Shown here piece after piece: positions 1-9,128 of a stretch of 64,000 nucleotides of DNA; position 1 is the first letter of the stretch; every line of letters starts with the position of its first letter. This DNA is from Candidatus Bathyarchaeia archaeon. Lineage in GTDB: Archaea; Thermoproteota; Bathyarchaeia; 40CM-2-53-6. Made by a program: the position numbers and the translations under genes. Where the stretch lies: the NCBI GenBank assembly GCA_049513715.1, contig JBEKVV010000001.1, positions 640,001 to 704,000 of the forward strand. Direction: 5' to 3'. The notes under the pieces are model-generated. The model ran no database searches and had not been told where the DNA came from. It saw nothing but the letters and a program-made list of their open reading frames with translations.

Positions 1-85
1 GTCGGTCGCCTTCACTTAGTCCGAATTGTCGAACGATTCCTATTGGAAGCGTTGACCGTAGGGACTTGCTCTTAGAGGTAGCCAT
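1..85 (-). CDS. AbrB/MazE/SpoVT-family DNA-binding protein (3' end runs off window)
   Basis: Manual translation MATSKSKSLRSTLPIGIVRQFGLSEGDR matches the 'SLRxTxP..IV..F.L.EGD' swapped-hairpin pattern; an in-frame GTG lies 3 codons upstream. Confidence 0.7.
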   Translation of the reverse strand, partial: MATSKSKSLRSTLPIGIVRQFGLSEGDR

Positions 86-233
86 CGTGAGCACCGTGAC
101 TTAACAGAACCCGCTTTCGACAACAAACTACCTCGCCCGTCGATATACAGCCACTACCTACACGACGTATGCTAATTTAAAGCGCTAAGGGGTGCATAGG
201 TCATAATAGAATCTAAACCCAAGGTGGCGTTGG

Positions 234-1508
234 ATGCGGGGGGCAATTCTTGCAGCTGGTGAGGGCTCCCGAATGTGGCCCTTGGCTGAAAGCAAACCGA
301 AGCACTTACTGCCCGTGGGCGGAAGGCCAATTCTTTCGCACATTCTTGAAGCGCTCAAGCAGAATTCAATCCGCGAAGTCTACATGGTCGTTGGATACCG
401 AGCTGAAGACATTCGAACCGCATTTGGCGACGGAGCCAAACACGGCCTGCATATCGAATATTTGGACCAACCAAAATGGACTGGAACCGCCTCTGCCATG
501 AAGGTTGCGTACAACGCCGTTGGACGGGAACCCTTTCTGGCTATCTATGGCGATTTGTGGGTTAACTCTTCAGCTGTGCAAGCGGTTATTGAAGAAGCTG
601 ACAACTGCCCGAGAGTCATGGGTGTTGCCCAAGTTTCGAACCCAACAGAATTTGGCGTCGTTGAGCTCGCTGGAGACAGGCTGGCAAGAATCAATGAGAA
701 ACCTACAGGAAAAATGCTAACGGAAGGTTGGGTCAATACCGGCATCTACGTTTTGGACGGAGAAGTCTTCAACGCGATCGACAAGACCGCGGCCTCGAAA
801 AGGGCAGAGTATGAACTTACTACGTCCCTCCAACACCTGCTTGACGAAGGCAAGGAAATCCGAAGCGCCATTGTTGACCGCGAGGATTGGATGGATGTTG
901 GACGACCTTGGGATTTGCTGGAAGCGAATGAGCGCTCTCTCGAAAACCTCTCACACCGAGTGAAGGGCGCGGTTGAGCAGGGCGCAGTCTTGAAAGGCCC
1001 AGTGTGGCTTGAAGAAGACTCTGTCGTGAAATCAGGCTCGTACCTAGAGGGGCCTGTCTACGTTGGTAGAGGTAGTAGAATTGGGCCCAACGCCAGAATT
1101 CGTCCTTCGACAGCAATTGGGGACGGAGTCACTATCGGAACTTCATGCGAGATCAAGAACTCGGTTGTGATGAACGGAACTAGGATTCCACACCTTTCCT
1201 ACGTTGGTGACAGCGTCATTGGGGAAGACTGCAACCTGGGCGCGGGAACGATAACTGCAAACATTCGTTTCGACGAAAGACCACTGAGGATGAAGGTCAA
1301 AGGTCGCATGCAGGAGACAGGAAGGCGAAAGATAGGAACCATTATGGGTGATAGGGTTCAGACGGGCATCAACACGAGCATACTGCCCGGCGTGCGAATA
1401 GGGTCCGATTCTTGGATTGGCCCCGGCCTCGTATTAACCAAGGATGTTCCATCAAAGCGAACGGTCTTAACAAAACAGGTAACGACGATTAGGCCACGCA
1501 GGCACTGA
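234..1508 (+). CDS. glmU: Bifunctional sugar-1-phosphate nucleotidyltransferase/acetyltransferase (archaeal GlmU-like)
   Basis: N-terminal LAAGEGSRM..PK nucleotidyltransferase motif; C-terminal hexapeptide repeats with HLSYVGDS and NLGAGTITAN. Confidence 0.9.
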   Translation: MRGAILAAGEGSRMWPLAESKPKHLLPVGGRPILSHILEALKQNSIREVYMVVGYRAEDIRTAFGDGAKHGLHIEYLDQPKWTGTASAMKVAYNAVGREPFLAIYGDLWVNSSAVQAVIEEADNCPRVMGVAQVSNPTEFGVVELAGDRLARINEKPTGKMLTEGWVNTGIYVLDGEVFNAIDKTAASKRAEYELTTSLQHLLDEGKEIRSAIVDREDWMDVGRPWDLLEANERSLENLSHRVKGAVEQGAVLKGPVWLEEDSVVKSGSYLEGPVYVGRGSRIGPNARIRPSTAIGDGVTIGTSCEIKNSVVMNGTRIPHLSYVGDSVIGEDCNLGAGTITANIRFDERPLRMKVKGRMQETGRRKIGTIMGDRVQTGINTSILPGVRIGSDSWIGPGLVLTKDVPSKRTVLTKQVTTIRPRRH

Positions 1509-1516
1509 ACTTGCTG

Positions 1517-2728
1517 CTACGCGTGTCTCTTAGTGCTCGTTATTGAGACTACGTCATTGTCTTTCAGCACGTATTCGTCAGACATCCGCATTTTCGACCT
1601 GGCCTCTGTTGCGTAGAGGAAGCCTTCGGCAAGGTCTGAATGAATCATGCCCGCAAAAGTCTTAGCAGTGGTTCCGAAGGGTACAAGGTATGCGTCGGGT
1701 AGAACTCTGCCTTTGTGGTCTGTGAGCTTCTCAGCGTCCTCCACTGGGTACACAGTAATCATTTGAAGTAACTCGAAGAAGGCGAGGTTGAGTGCATCTT
1801 GGACGCCTGTGGACCCAAAGGGTAGAAGCACTTTTTCCTTTATTCTTGTCAGGGCGTTTGTCTGCTCAGGTGTTGAAGGGCGCGCTTCGTTCATTTTGAA
1901 ATTGCCGTCGCCTGGCACGTAGGAAATCATTTGCTTCTCGCCAGCCCGCCTAAGGGCGAGCTCGGCTTCTGCACAGCAGGGCACCACCATGTAGCCCATG
2001 GCTTGAAGCGTTTCCAGATTCTTCTCAGCCGGGGGGACATCCATCTTGTTGGCGGCGATCAAGAGCGGTTTCGAATATTTGCGTAATTCGGAGACAAACT
2101 TCAGTAATTCGTCGTCTGACCATGCGCTGGGCCTCTCGAAGTTTAGGCTCGTTTTGGCTTTTGCTTTGACGAGATGGTCCCTTCTTATCCCAAGACCACT
2201 CACTTTCTCCTCTATGATTGGAAGCAGTTCTTCCTTGGCGCCCTCGACCAGTCTTACCGCCTTGTCCCATTCTTTCTTGACGATCTGAAGAAGCCACATG
2301 TCCAGTTCGTGTTCTAGGAATCGGACGTCCTCGCGCGGGTCATGCGTGCCGGGGTCACACGGTTTACCTTCCGAGTCGGTGGAGCCAGAAGCGTCCACGA
2401 CGTGAATTAGGGCATCTGCCTGCCTAATCTCATCGAGGAACTGGTTACCCAGCCCGCGTCCCTGCCACGCGCCCGGGACCAGACCTGCACAGTCAACCAG
2501 TTCAACTGGAACAAGTCGGGTTCCGTCTATGCATGTTGAATTTCCAGGTGTATCTGTTACGTTGAATTCGCGGCAAACGCAGTGTGCGCGGACGTACCCC
2601 ATGCCAACGTTGGGTTTGATTGTTGTGAAGGGGTAGTTGGCGATGGCGACGTGCGCTAGGGTTGCTGCGCTGAAGAAGGTGCTCTTTCCAACGTTCGGTT
2701 TGCCGACAACGCCTACTATGCGTGGCAA
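1517..2728 (-). CDS. ychF: Obg-family ATPase YchF
   Basis: [35 protein letters not shown] motifs; C-terminal TGS domain. Confidence 0.95.
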   Translation of the reverse strand: MPRIVGVVGKPNVGKSTFFSAATLAHVAIANYPFTTIKPNVGMGYVRAHCVCREFNVTDTPGNSTCIDGTRLVPVELVDCAGLVPGAWQGRGLGNQFLDEIRQADALIHVVDASGSTDSEGKPCDPGTHDPREDVRFLEHELDMWLLQIVKKEWDKAVRLVEGAKEELLPIIEEKVSGLGIRRDHLVKAKAKTSLNFERPSAWSDDELLKFVSELRKYSKPLLIAANKMDVPPAEKNLETLQAMGYMVVPCCAEAELALRRAGEKQMISYVPGDGNFKMNEARPSTPEQTNALTRIKEKVLLPFGSTGVQDALNLAFFELLQMITVYPVEDAEKLTDHKGRVLPDAYLVPFGTTAKTFAGMIHSDLAEGFLYATEARSKMRMSDEYVLKDNDVVSITSTKRHA

Positions 2729-2748
2729 GTTTCCTGTTCCGGAGGTGG

Positions 2749-3438
2749 CTACTTATGGGCTATTGGGAGTCCTGTGATTCTGATGCCTGCACCAGTCACT
2801 TTGTACCTGATATTGATTCCAATGAGTAGGGCAGTGATCTGCTCAACGATGCGTGAGTTCTCCAACCGTCCGCCGTCAATGGCTCTGACGCCGGGTATTT
2901 CTTCGGCCAGCTGCATCACGGTCTGTTTGCTTTCTTTGGAATCGCCACAGACGAAGATATCGCAATCAATCTCCTTCGACAAGTCTTGAAGAGAATCCGC
3001 GACGACGTTGTGGAACGCTGAGGCGATTTGGGTCTTGGGTGGTAGCAGCTTGCGTGCTTGTTGGGCTGTTGAGCCTTCCCAAACACCAAGGGCGGTTGTT
3101 GCGCCTCCACCCACAGCGGTTGAAAGGGGAACGACAACATCAACGAATATGTCGTCTGGTTTGACATTGTCCGCGACGGACTTGATCATATCCACATGAG
3201 CGGCGAACGGGACGGACATCACAATGATGTCTGCAGCCGCTGCAGCCTTCGGGTTCTCCATTCCGGAGACTGCCCCTTTGCCGCCTAGAATTCCAAGTGC
3301 TTTCTTTGCAGCGTCCTCGGCTTTCTGCTGCACGCGAGATCCGATTATGACGTTCTCCCCTGCCTTAGCCCAACGCAGGACTAAACCGAAGCCTTGGTCG
3401 CCAGTGCCACCTATTACAGCAATTGTGGGTTTCGGCAT
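2749..3438 (-). CDS. npdG: F420H2:NADP+ oxidoreductase (NADPH-dependent F420 reductase)
   Basis: IAVIGGTGDQGFGL Rossmann motif, VIIGSR, AFHNV, C-terminal INIRYK..AGIRITG. Confidence 0.92.
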   Translation of the reverse strand: MPKPTIAVIGGTGDQGFGLVLRWAKAGENVIIGSRVQQKAEDAAKKALGILGGKGAVSGMENPKAAAAADIIVMSVPFAAHVDMIKSVADNVKPDDIFVDVVVPLSTAVGGGATTALGVWEGSTAQQARKLLPPKTQIASAFHNVVADSLQDLSKEIDCDIFVCGDSKESKQTVMQLAEEIPGVRAIDGGRLENSRIVEQITALLIGINIRYKVTGAGIRITGLPIAHK

Positions 3439-3453
3439 AAGTCATCACATATT

Positions 3454-4788
3454 TCAGGTTGGAAAATCCTGAATGAATCCGCTTCTCATTAAGTATCTGG
3501 CCTGGTCCCGCGATCGTTTAATGATGGAACGGGCAGATTCATACAATTCCTCCCGGGGTCGTTTGATTCTTGCAACACCCTGCTCGATCGCCTTCTCCGC
3601 AACAGCTGTGGCTTCGCGCGGGAATACCTCCCAATCATCCATCGTGGGAATGATGTTTTTCGGTGAAAGACCTCGTTCCTCGGCGAGTTTGGCAAGCTCG
3701 GAAGCTGCAGCCAGACACATTTCGTCCGTAATGGTTCGAGCCCTAACGTCGATGGTGCCCCTGAATATTCCTGGAAACCCGAGGGAATTGTTGAGCTGGT
3801 TGGGAAAATCAGACCTGCCTGTTGCGATCACCTTTGCTCCAGCTTCCTCAGCCTCCCATGGCCAAATCTCCGGGATAGGGTTTGCACAAGCGAAAACTAT
3901 GGCATCATCGCTCATGATTTCGACCTGCTCCTTCTTTATTACTCCTGGACCTGGGGTTGACAAAGCAACGCAAACGTCAGTTCCCTCTATCGCTGAATTC
4001 ATACCGCCAACTTTTCCATCCAAATTTGTTGTCTGGCACAGCTTCCATTTCTTGGGGGAAGTGTGTTCCAAGTCCTTTCGATCGCGGTGAAGTATGCCTT
4101 TGCTGTCCACCAGAATCAGGTTTCCCGGCTTGGCCCCGGCGAGGGTCAGCAAGCGGGCCAAGGTAACGTTTGCAGCTCCCGCTCCGATCATAGATACTTT
4201 CACGTTAGAAATCTTCTTCTCAACGACTTTCAAAGCGTTAAGGAATCCTGCGAGAACAACGGTGGCCGTTCCCTGCTGGTCATCATGCCAAACCGGAATG
4301 TCAAGTTGGCTTTGCAAGGTGTCGAGTATCTGAAAGCATTTCGGCTGAGCGATATCTTCGAGGTTGATGCCGGCGAAAGAAGGCTGAATCCATTTCACGG
4401 CGGAGACAATTTCGTCTGGGTTCTTTGTTCCAAGGCAAATCGGGAATGCATCAACTCCTCCAAGATACTTATACAACAGGGCCTTTCCTTCCATTACTGG
4501 TAGGCCGGCTTCTGGGCCAATATCGCCCAACCCTAGGACACGCGAACCGTCAGTTACGATTGCAACTGTATTCCATTTGTTTGTGTTCTCGTAAACTGCT
4601 TCTGGCCGCGCTTTAATCGCGTTGCAGGCTTCCGCAACGCCCGGCGTATACCAGATCGCAAAGTCGTCGAAGGAGTGGATGGGGCATTTGGGAACAATCT
4701 CGATCTTGCCCCTGTAGAACGGGTGATATTTCATTGCTAACTGCGCGGGAAGGAACGCCTTTCTCAGAGCGTCGTCGGTTGATTTCAT
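3454..4788 (-). CDS. NAD(P)-dependent malic enzyme
   Basis: YTPGVA, DGSRVLGLGDIG, PVMEGK, NLEDI, HDDQQGT, GAGAA, ANP.PE, TGRSDFPNQ. Confidence 0.95.
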   Translation of the reverse strand: MKSTDDALRKAFLPAQLAMKYHPFYRGKIEIVPKCPIHSFDDFAIWYTPGVAEACNAIKARPEAVYENTNKWNTVAIVTDGSRVLGLGDIGPEAGLPVMEGKALLYKYLGGVDAFPICLGTKNPDEIVSAVKWIQPSFAGINLEDIAQPKCFQILDTLQSQLDIPVWHDDQQGTATVVLAGFLNALKVVEKKISNVKVSMIGAGAANVTLARLLTLAGAKPGNLILVDSKGILHRDRKDLEHTSPKKWKLCQTTNLDGKVGGMNSAIEGTDVCVALSTPGPGVIKKEQVEIMSDDAIVFACANPIPEIWPWEAEEAGAKVIATGRSDFPNQLNNSLGFPGIFRGTIDVRARTITDEMCLAAASELAKLAEERGLSPKNIIPTMDDWEVFPREATAVAEKAIEQGVARIKRPREELYESARSIIKRSRDQARYLMRSGFIQDFPT

Positions 4789-4917
4789 GATTCAACTTCC
4801 TATCTTATTTTGCAAGCCACTTAAATAGCAGCGGTGCTTTTTCACTGCGCAACCTCAAAGACTGTCATCGTCTTAAGGTTAAGCTTCAACACGAAATTGG
4901 TTGCGGTCGGAATAACA

Positions 4918-5349
4918 ATGGGAGTTCAAAAGTACCTAGTCCAGACTTGGAATGATCGAGAGAAATCGGGTCTGCAGCGACACATGCGCGGAGCCTTAAT
5001 CAAGTGGCGTAGAGATCCTACGGTGACTAGAATTGAGCATCCGACGAGGCTCGATCGCGCTAGAGCTCTGGGATACAAAGCCAAACAGGGCTACGTCGTA
5101 GTCCGAGTCAGAATCAGAAAGGGAGGGGCAAGGAAGATTCGTCCACGCGCGGGACGAAGGCCGAGGGCCCTCGGTGTCACAAAGTTCACGCGCTCGATAA
5201 GCCTCAAAAACATAGCAGAGCAAAAGGCGCAGAAAAAGTTCCCCAACCTCCGTGTCCTGAACTCATACTATGTTTCGGAGGATGGGACAAACCACTGGTT
5301 CGAAACAATCATGAAAGATACACACAACCCATCCGCAGCAGATTCCTGA
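4918..5349 (+). CDS. rpl15e: 50S ribosomal protein L15e (short, 143 aa)
   Basis: PTRLDRARALGYKAKQG and LRVLNSYYV motifs; start moved to ATG 4918. Confidence 0.95.
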   Translation: MGVQKYLVQTWNDREKSGLQRHMRGALIKWRRDPTVTRIEHPTRLDRARALGYKAKQGYVVVRVRIRKGGARKIRPRAGRRPRALGVTKFTRSISLKNIAEQKAQKKFPNLRVLNSYYVSEDGTNHWFETIMKDTHNPSAADS

Positions 5350-5414
5350 TCGCAGAAAGGGCGAAAGGCCCTCGCCTCGGTCGAAGTGGGCCTGACATAC
5401 GGCAAGCGACCAAC

Positions 5415-6215
5415 TTGCGAAAGCCTCTAATTGTAATCAAAGTGGGCGGGTCCGCTCTCACCGACAAGAATAAGAAATACGCGCCACGCCCACACAGCAT
5501 TCGGCAAGCAACAAGGCAAATCGCAGCAATCTGCAGGGTGTATTCACTAGTCTTGGTTCATGGCGCTGGTAGCTTTGGCCATATTCCAGTTGAAAAGTAT
5601 CGACTGGCGCATGGTTTCAATGATTCCAGGCAGCTAAAAGGACTGGCCGTCACTAAATCAAAACTCCTTGAATGGGAGATGATTCTGGACAAAGCCCTCC
5701 TCAAACAGAAAGTACCGCTTGTTCCATTTCTCGCCTCAGATTTCATCGTCACTCGCAAGGGCAGAATCTTTTCATCCGACTTGAGACCTCTCCAAAACTG
5801 GCTGCGGCTCGGCTGTGTTCCAACAGTCGGGGGAGACATCGTCCCTGACTCTCATCAAGGGTTCTCAATTCTGTCTGGTGATCAGCTAGCTGTGCATTTG
5901 GCGCTAAAACTCAAAGCAAAACGCCTCATCTTCGCGACAGATGTCGATGGAATTTTCGATTCGGACCCAAAACTCAACCCTGAAGCCAAGCTGCTGACGA
6001 ATTTGACTAATTCAATAGCTTCGAGGCTTGTCGCGAAGGCAACCTCACTGACAACGCCGGACGTAACAGGTGGGATGGCAGGAAAAATCGGGGAAGCCCT
6101 GGTCGCGGCTCGCGCTGGCGTACTCGTCGAGTTCGTGAACCTGACAAAGGACGACAGGCTTCTGAAGGCAGCGCTGGGTGGACATGTGGTCTCGTCCAGA
6201 ATTTCGCGTTCTTGA
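5415..6215 (+). CDS. Isopentenyl phosphate kinase (amino-acid-kinase fold)
   Basis: KVGGSALTDK, VHGAGSFGH, SGDQ, TDVDG, DVTGGMAGK. Confidence 0.88.
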   Translation: MRKPLIVIKVGGSALTDKNKKYAPRPHSIRQATRQIAAICRVYSLVLVHGAGSFGHIPVEKYRLAHGFNDSRQLKGLAVTKSKLLEWEMILDKALLKQKVPLVPFLASDFIVTRKGRIFSSDLRPLQNWLRLGCVPTVGGDIVPDSHQGFSILSGDQLAVHLALKLKAKRLIFATDVDGIFDSDPKLNPEAKLLTNLTNSIASRLVAKATSLTTPDVTGGMAGKIGEALVAARAGVLVEFVNLTKDDRLLKAALGGHVVSSRISRS

Positions 6216-6222
6216 CTGGGTG

Positions 6223-6585
6223 CTACAGGAGTGGTAGCTCGCCAGTTATTTTGTCGACGAGTTCACCGGGAGCGGGTCCAATGCCTACGCATGTAGCTGT
6301 TCCAGGATCTACTTGGGTAAGCCCCCTGTCATGTATTATCGCGGACCCTAGGCCAAGGTCATCGGCCTGCCTTTTCAGGTCGTCTAGGTCACTTTCAGAG
6401 TTGACCTTGACCACGACCTTGCACTGGCCTTCATTGAACCAATTCTTCCACCATTCAGGGTGAACGCGACGAGTTTCCTCAGATGCCGTAATGGTAGCAT
6501 GCCCCACCTGTACCGCGATCTTACCCTTGCCCATCTCCAAATCGCGCCTGACGGCTATGACCAGCTTGTACTTGAAATCCGTAAG
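6223..6585 (-). CDS. pth2: Peptidyl-tRNA hydrolase Pth2 (start uncertain)
   Basis: MGKGKIAVQVGHA, GQCKVVVK, DRGLTQV, GIGP; the frame extends upstream of the track start as LTDFKYKLVIAVRRDL. Confidence 0.92.
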   Translation of the reverse strand, partial: LTDFKYKLVIAVRRDLEMGKGKIAVQVGHATITASEETRRVHPEWWKNWFNEGQCKVVVKVNSESDLDDLKRQADDLGLGSAIIHDRGLTQVDPGTATCVGIGPAPGELVDKITGELPLL

Positions 6586-6644
6586 CCAACCCCGACTTTA
6601 TCTTAAGCATCTACCGACAAATAAGCCCAAGTGGCAAGAGCGCG

Positions 6645-7097
6645 GTGGATTTGTTGAACGAGGGGGTTGTTCACTCTATCGAGATAAGCACTATCGCGCA
6701 CGCAACCGACGACTTGGAGAAAGTCCAAACAGCTCTAAACCACATTCTACCAGACTCCCTACTTGGGCGTCAAGTCTTCACGAGGCGATACATGGAGGGC
6801 CATCACGGCAATCCCATAGTGACCTTCGAAGCGAAACTCACAAAACCCAATGATGTCATGGAATTCACAGAACATTTCCTGAAACAGTTTTCCAGGAGCG
6901 AGAGGCTTAGAGTTGAGAGGGATTTGGATCTGCATTCAGATGAGGACGGCAACCTCTTCATCCGGTTGGACAAGCAACGAGCTTACCTTGGCGCAATGGA
7001 GCTGGCGGACGAAGACCCGATAAGAGTCCGCCTCAAATTCAGTAAACTGAAGGGAGACGCAAAGAATCTCATGCGCCAGATTTTGGAGGTGGAGTAA
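6645..7097 (+). CDS. Exosome-operon RNA-binding protein (COG1325/DUF54-like)
   Basis: HATDD..KV, EGHHGNPI, LFIRLDKQ motifs; canonical position upstream of rnp3. Confidence 0.85.
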   Translation: MDLLNEGVVHSIEISTIAHATDDLEKVQTALNHILPDSLLGRQVFTRRYMEGHHGNPIVTFEAKLTKPNDVMEFTEHFLKQFSRSERLRVERDLDLHSDEDGNLFIRLDKQRAYLGAMELADEDPIRVRLKFSKLKGDAKNLMRQILEVE

Positions 7098-7098
7098 A

Positions 7099-7809
7099 CT
7101 GCCGAAATTCACAGATCTACACGTCATTCCGCGGGTTGAAGACGAAAAATCATGCAAAGAACTGGCTGGGATGCTGAAACTTGCAGGATACTCCGTCGTA
7201 GGTTTGACTCTCCCCACTGGGCTTTTTCAGGAACGGGTTGCATTCCTTCGCCGTGTTTTCCTCGAAGCAGGGTTGGAAACAGCGCTTAGAATTGACCTGA
7301 CCTCAACCTCAAGAACGGACCTGCTTCGTCTCTTGAGGAGATTCAGAAATTCCTATGACATCATAGCCGTGAAATGCACCAACCAAGCGGTATCTACAGT
7401 GGCATGCAGAGATAGGCGAGTTGACCTCGTGTTCTTCGACTCACGCAATCCCAGAGCCAGATTCAACCATTCCTTCGCAAGTCTTCTCGGAGGGGCGCTG
7501 GAATTCAACTTGGTCTCATCGTTGCTCAAGGAGTCAAGAACAGAAATCGTCTCCAGAATCGTCAAAGAGGCAGGAATCGCCCGTCGTCATCGAACCAAGG
7601 TTGTTCTGTCAAGTGGTTGCACGACCCCAGACATGGTTAGAAGCCCCAACCAAATTGAGGCATTGGGAGGGGCTGTAGGTCTAACGTCCAAGCAGACCTC
7701 AAGCGGAATATCTAACGTCCCAATATCGATCGTTGCTCGAAACTTCGAACGGCGCTCTAGGCAATATGTCGAAGAGGGAGTGAAAGTCGTGCTCCCTAAG
7801 GCAGAGTAG
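7099..7809 (+). CDS. rnp3: RNase P subunit p30 (probable CTG start)
   Basis: N-terminal KFTDLH upstream of the track start, ACRDRRVDL, VVLSSG..RSP; operon context. Confidence 0.88.
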   Translation: MPKFTDLHVIPRVEDEKSCKELAGMLKLAGYSVVGLTLPTGLFQERVAFLRRVFLEAGLETALRIDLTSTSRTDLLRLLRRFRNSYDIIAVKCTNQAVSTVACRDRRVDLVFFDSRNPRARFNHSFASLLGGALEFNLVSSLLKESRTEIVSRIVKEAGIARRHRTKVVLSSGCTTPDMVRSPNQIEALGGAVGLTSKQTSSGISNVPISIVARNFERRSRQYVEEGVKVVLPKAE

Positions 7810-7815
7810 AGCCCA

Positions 7816-8124
7816 ATGACAAGACGTTACTTCTTGGTCGAAGTAGTCTCCGGCCGTGCACTGTCTGGTGAAGAATTCGGTAGGGCTTTAGCGGAGGTAG
7901 TGCAGAAACATTTCGGGCTGTTTGGCCTCAGTCGAATTGATCCAAGGTTGATTCGTTTCGATGCCGCGCAATCGCTCGCAATTGTTGGGTGCGCAAAGGA
8001 GGGGGCGCAGGATTTGCAAGCTGCTATGGCGCTGATGTCGGATGTTTCAGACTCGCCGGTTGCCCCAATAACTCTTCGCGTCTCGGGGACCATTAAAGGA
8101 CTGCGAAGCAAGAAGTCACGGTAA
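7816..8124 (+). CDS. rnp2: RNase P subunit Pop5/Rpp14
   Basis: RRYF N-terminus, FGLFG, RVSGTIKGL C-terminus. Confidence 0.88.
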   Translation: MTRRYFLVEVVSGRALSGEEFGRALAEVVQKHFGLFGLSRIDPRLIRFDAAQSLAIVGCAKEGAQDLQAAMALMSDVSDSPVAPITLRVSGTIKGLRSKKSR

Positions 8125-8156
8125 CCTTTTTCATTGACGCTAACTCATCCAGCTGC

Positions 8157-8228
8157 GGGGATGAAGAAGCCAGTCCCAGTCAGATCTCATTGCTGAAGAT
8201 ATGACGACCTCAGCGACGGGCCGACCCC
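8157..8228 (+). ncRNA. Box C/D methylation guide sRNA (candidate)
   Basis: GGGG-ATGAAGA (C) - 13-nt guide - CAGA (D') - short hairpin - ATGACGA (C') - 13-nt guide - CCGA (D) - CCCC terminal stem; intergenic. Confidence 0.75.
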
Positions 8229-8381
8229 AAAATCTTCGGTCAGCTTCGGATCATTGTCTTGAATTTCAGAGTGACTTGGTGTGACAGAACCCAGTCACGT
8301 TTTCGTCGGTTGTAGGGAACATGTAAAGAGTTTTATTAGGGAGTCCCACTGGAAGGGCAATTTCATTCAGGTGAATCTGTA

Positions 8382-9128
8382 TTGTCAATGTTTGCCGTTC
8401 CGGGCGCGTACGACCGTGCGATCACTGTGTTTTCTCCAGACGGGCGTCTGTTTCAGGTTGAGTACGCATCCGAGACCGTGAAAAGAGGCGCAACCGTACT
8501 CGGAATAGCCTGCCCGCAAGGCGTTGTCCTAGCGGCCGAGGAAAGAGCAACATCCAAACTTCAAGATCCAACATTCATGTGGAAAATCTTCCAGATCGAC
8601 GAACATGTCGGCGCGGCAGTAGCTGGGCTCAGCTGCGACGCCCACATCCTAGTCGACCAAGCAAGAGTTTACGCACAATCAAACCGCCTTCTCTACGATG
8701 AACCAATCGACGTCGAAATCCTAACGAGAAGGATAGGAGAAATCAAACAACTCTACACGCAACACGCAGGTGTCCGACCCTTTGGCATTTCGATGCTATT
8801 CGGTGGCATAGACCGCAAAGGGAGCCGATTGTTCTGGACCGACCCAAGTGGAGCATTCTTGGCATACAAGGCATGGGCAATCGGAGCCGGCGGGGACGCG
8901 GCCAACGAAATCCTCGAGGCAGACTACAAAGACGAGATAAGCCTAGATGATGCAGTGCTCCTGGCACTCAAGTGCATGAGCAAAGTATTGGAGGAGAAGT
9001 TGGACGCACAGAAGATTCGCATTGCAACAGTAACAGCGGCCACGAAGAAATTCGGAAAACTGACGCAAGAAGAAGTAGAGAAATATCTCAAACGGCTAGA
9101 TTCCTCCAAAAAGGCCGTTAGCCGATGA
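8382..9128 (+). CDS. psmA: Proteasome alpha subunit
   Basis: YDRAITVFSPDGRLFQVEYA signature; RPFG; DPSG. Confidence 0.98.
   Translation: MSMFAVPGAYDRAITVFSPDGRLFQVEYASETVKRGATVLGIACPQGVVLAAEERATSKLQDPTFMWKIFQIDEHVGAAVAGLSCDAHILVDQARVYAQSNRLLYDEPIDVEILTRRIGEIKQLYTQHAGVRPFGISMLFGGIDRKGSRLFWTDPSGAFLAYKAWAIGAGGDAANEILEADYKDEISLDDAVLLALKCMSKVLEEKLDAQKIRIATVTAATKKFGKLTQEEVEKYLKRLDSSKKAVSR

Noticed and set aside
86..130. Frameshifted 5' extension of the AbrB-like gene (TTG TCG AAA GCG...)
   Set aside because: In-frame GTG and ATG starts already give a plausible protein, so no frameshift is needed.
3473..4503. Long antisense ORFs over malic enzyme, and similar ones over other conserved genes
   Set aside because: Shadow ORFs from codon bias opposite well-supported genes; no motifs.
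5350..5378. Hairpin after the eL15 TGA as a SECIS element
   Set aside because: It lacks the GAA/A internal-loop match on the 3' side, eL15 has no Cys-equivalent position there, and no selenocysteine machinery is in the window.
8271..8298. GTGACTTGG...CCAGTCAC hairpin downstream of the first C/D sRNA as a second ncRNA
   Set aside because: Short imperfect stem with no convincing box motifs on either strand.
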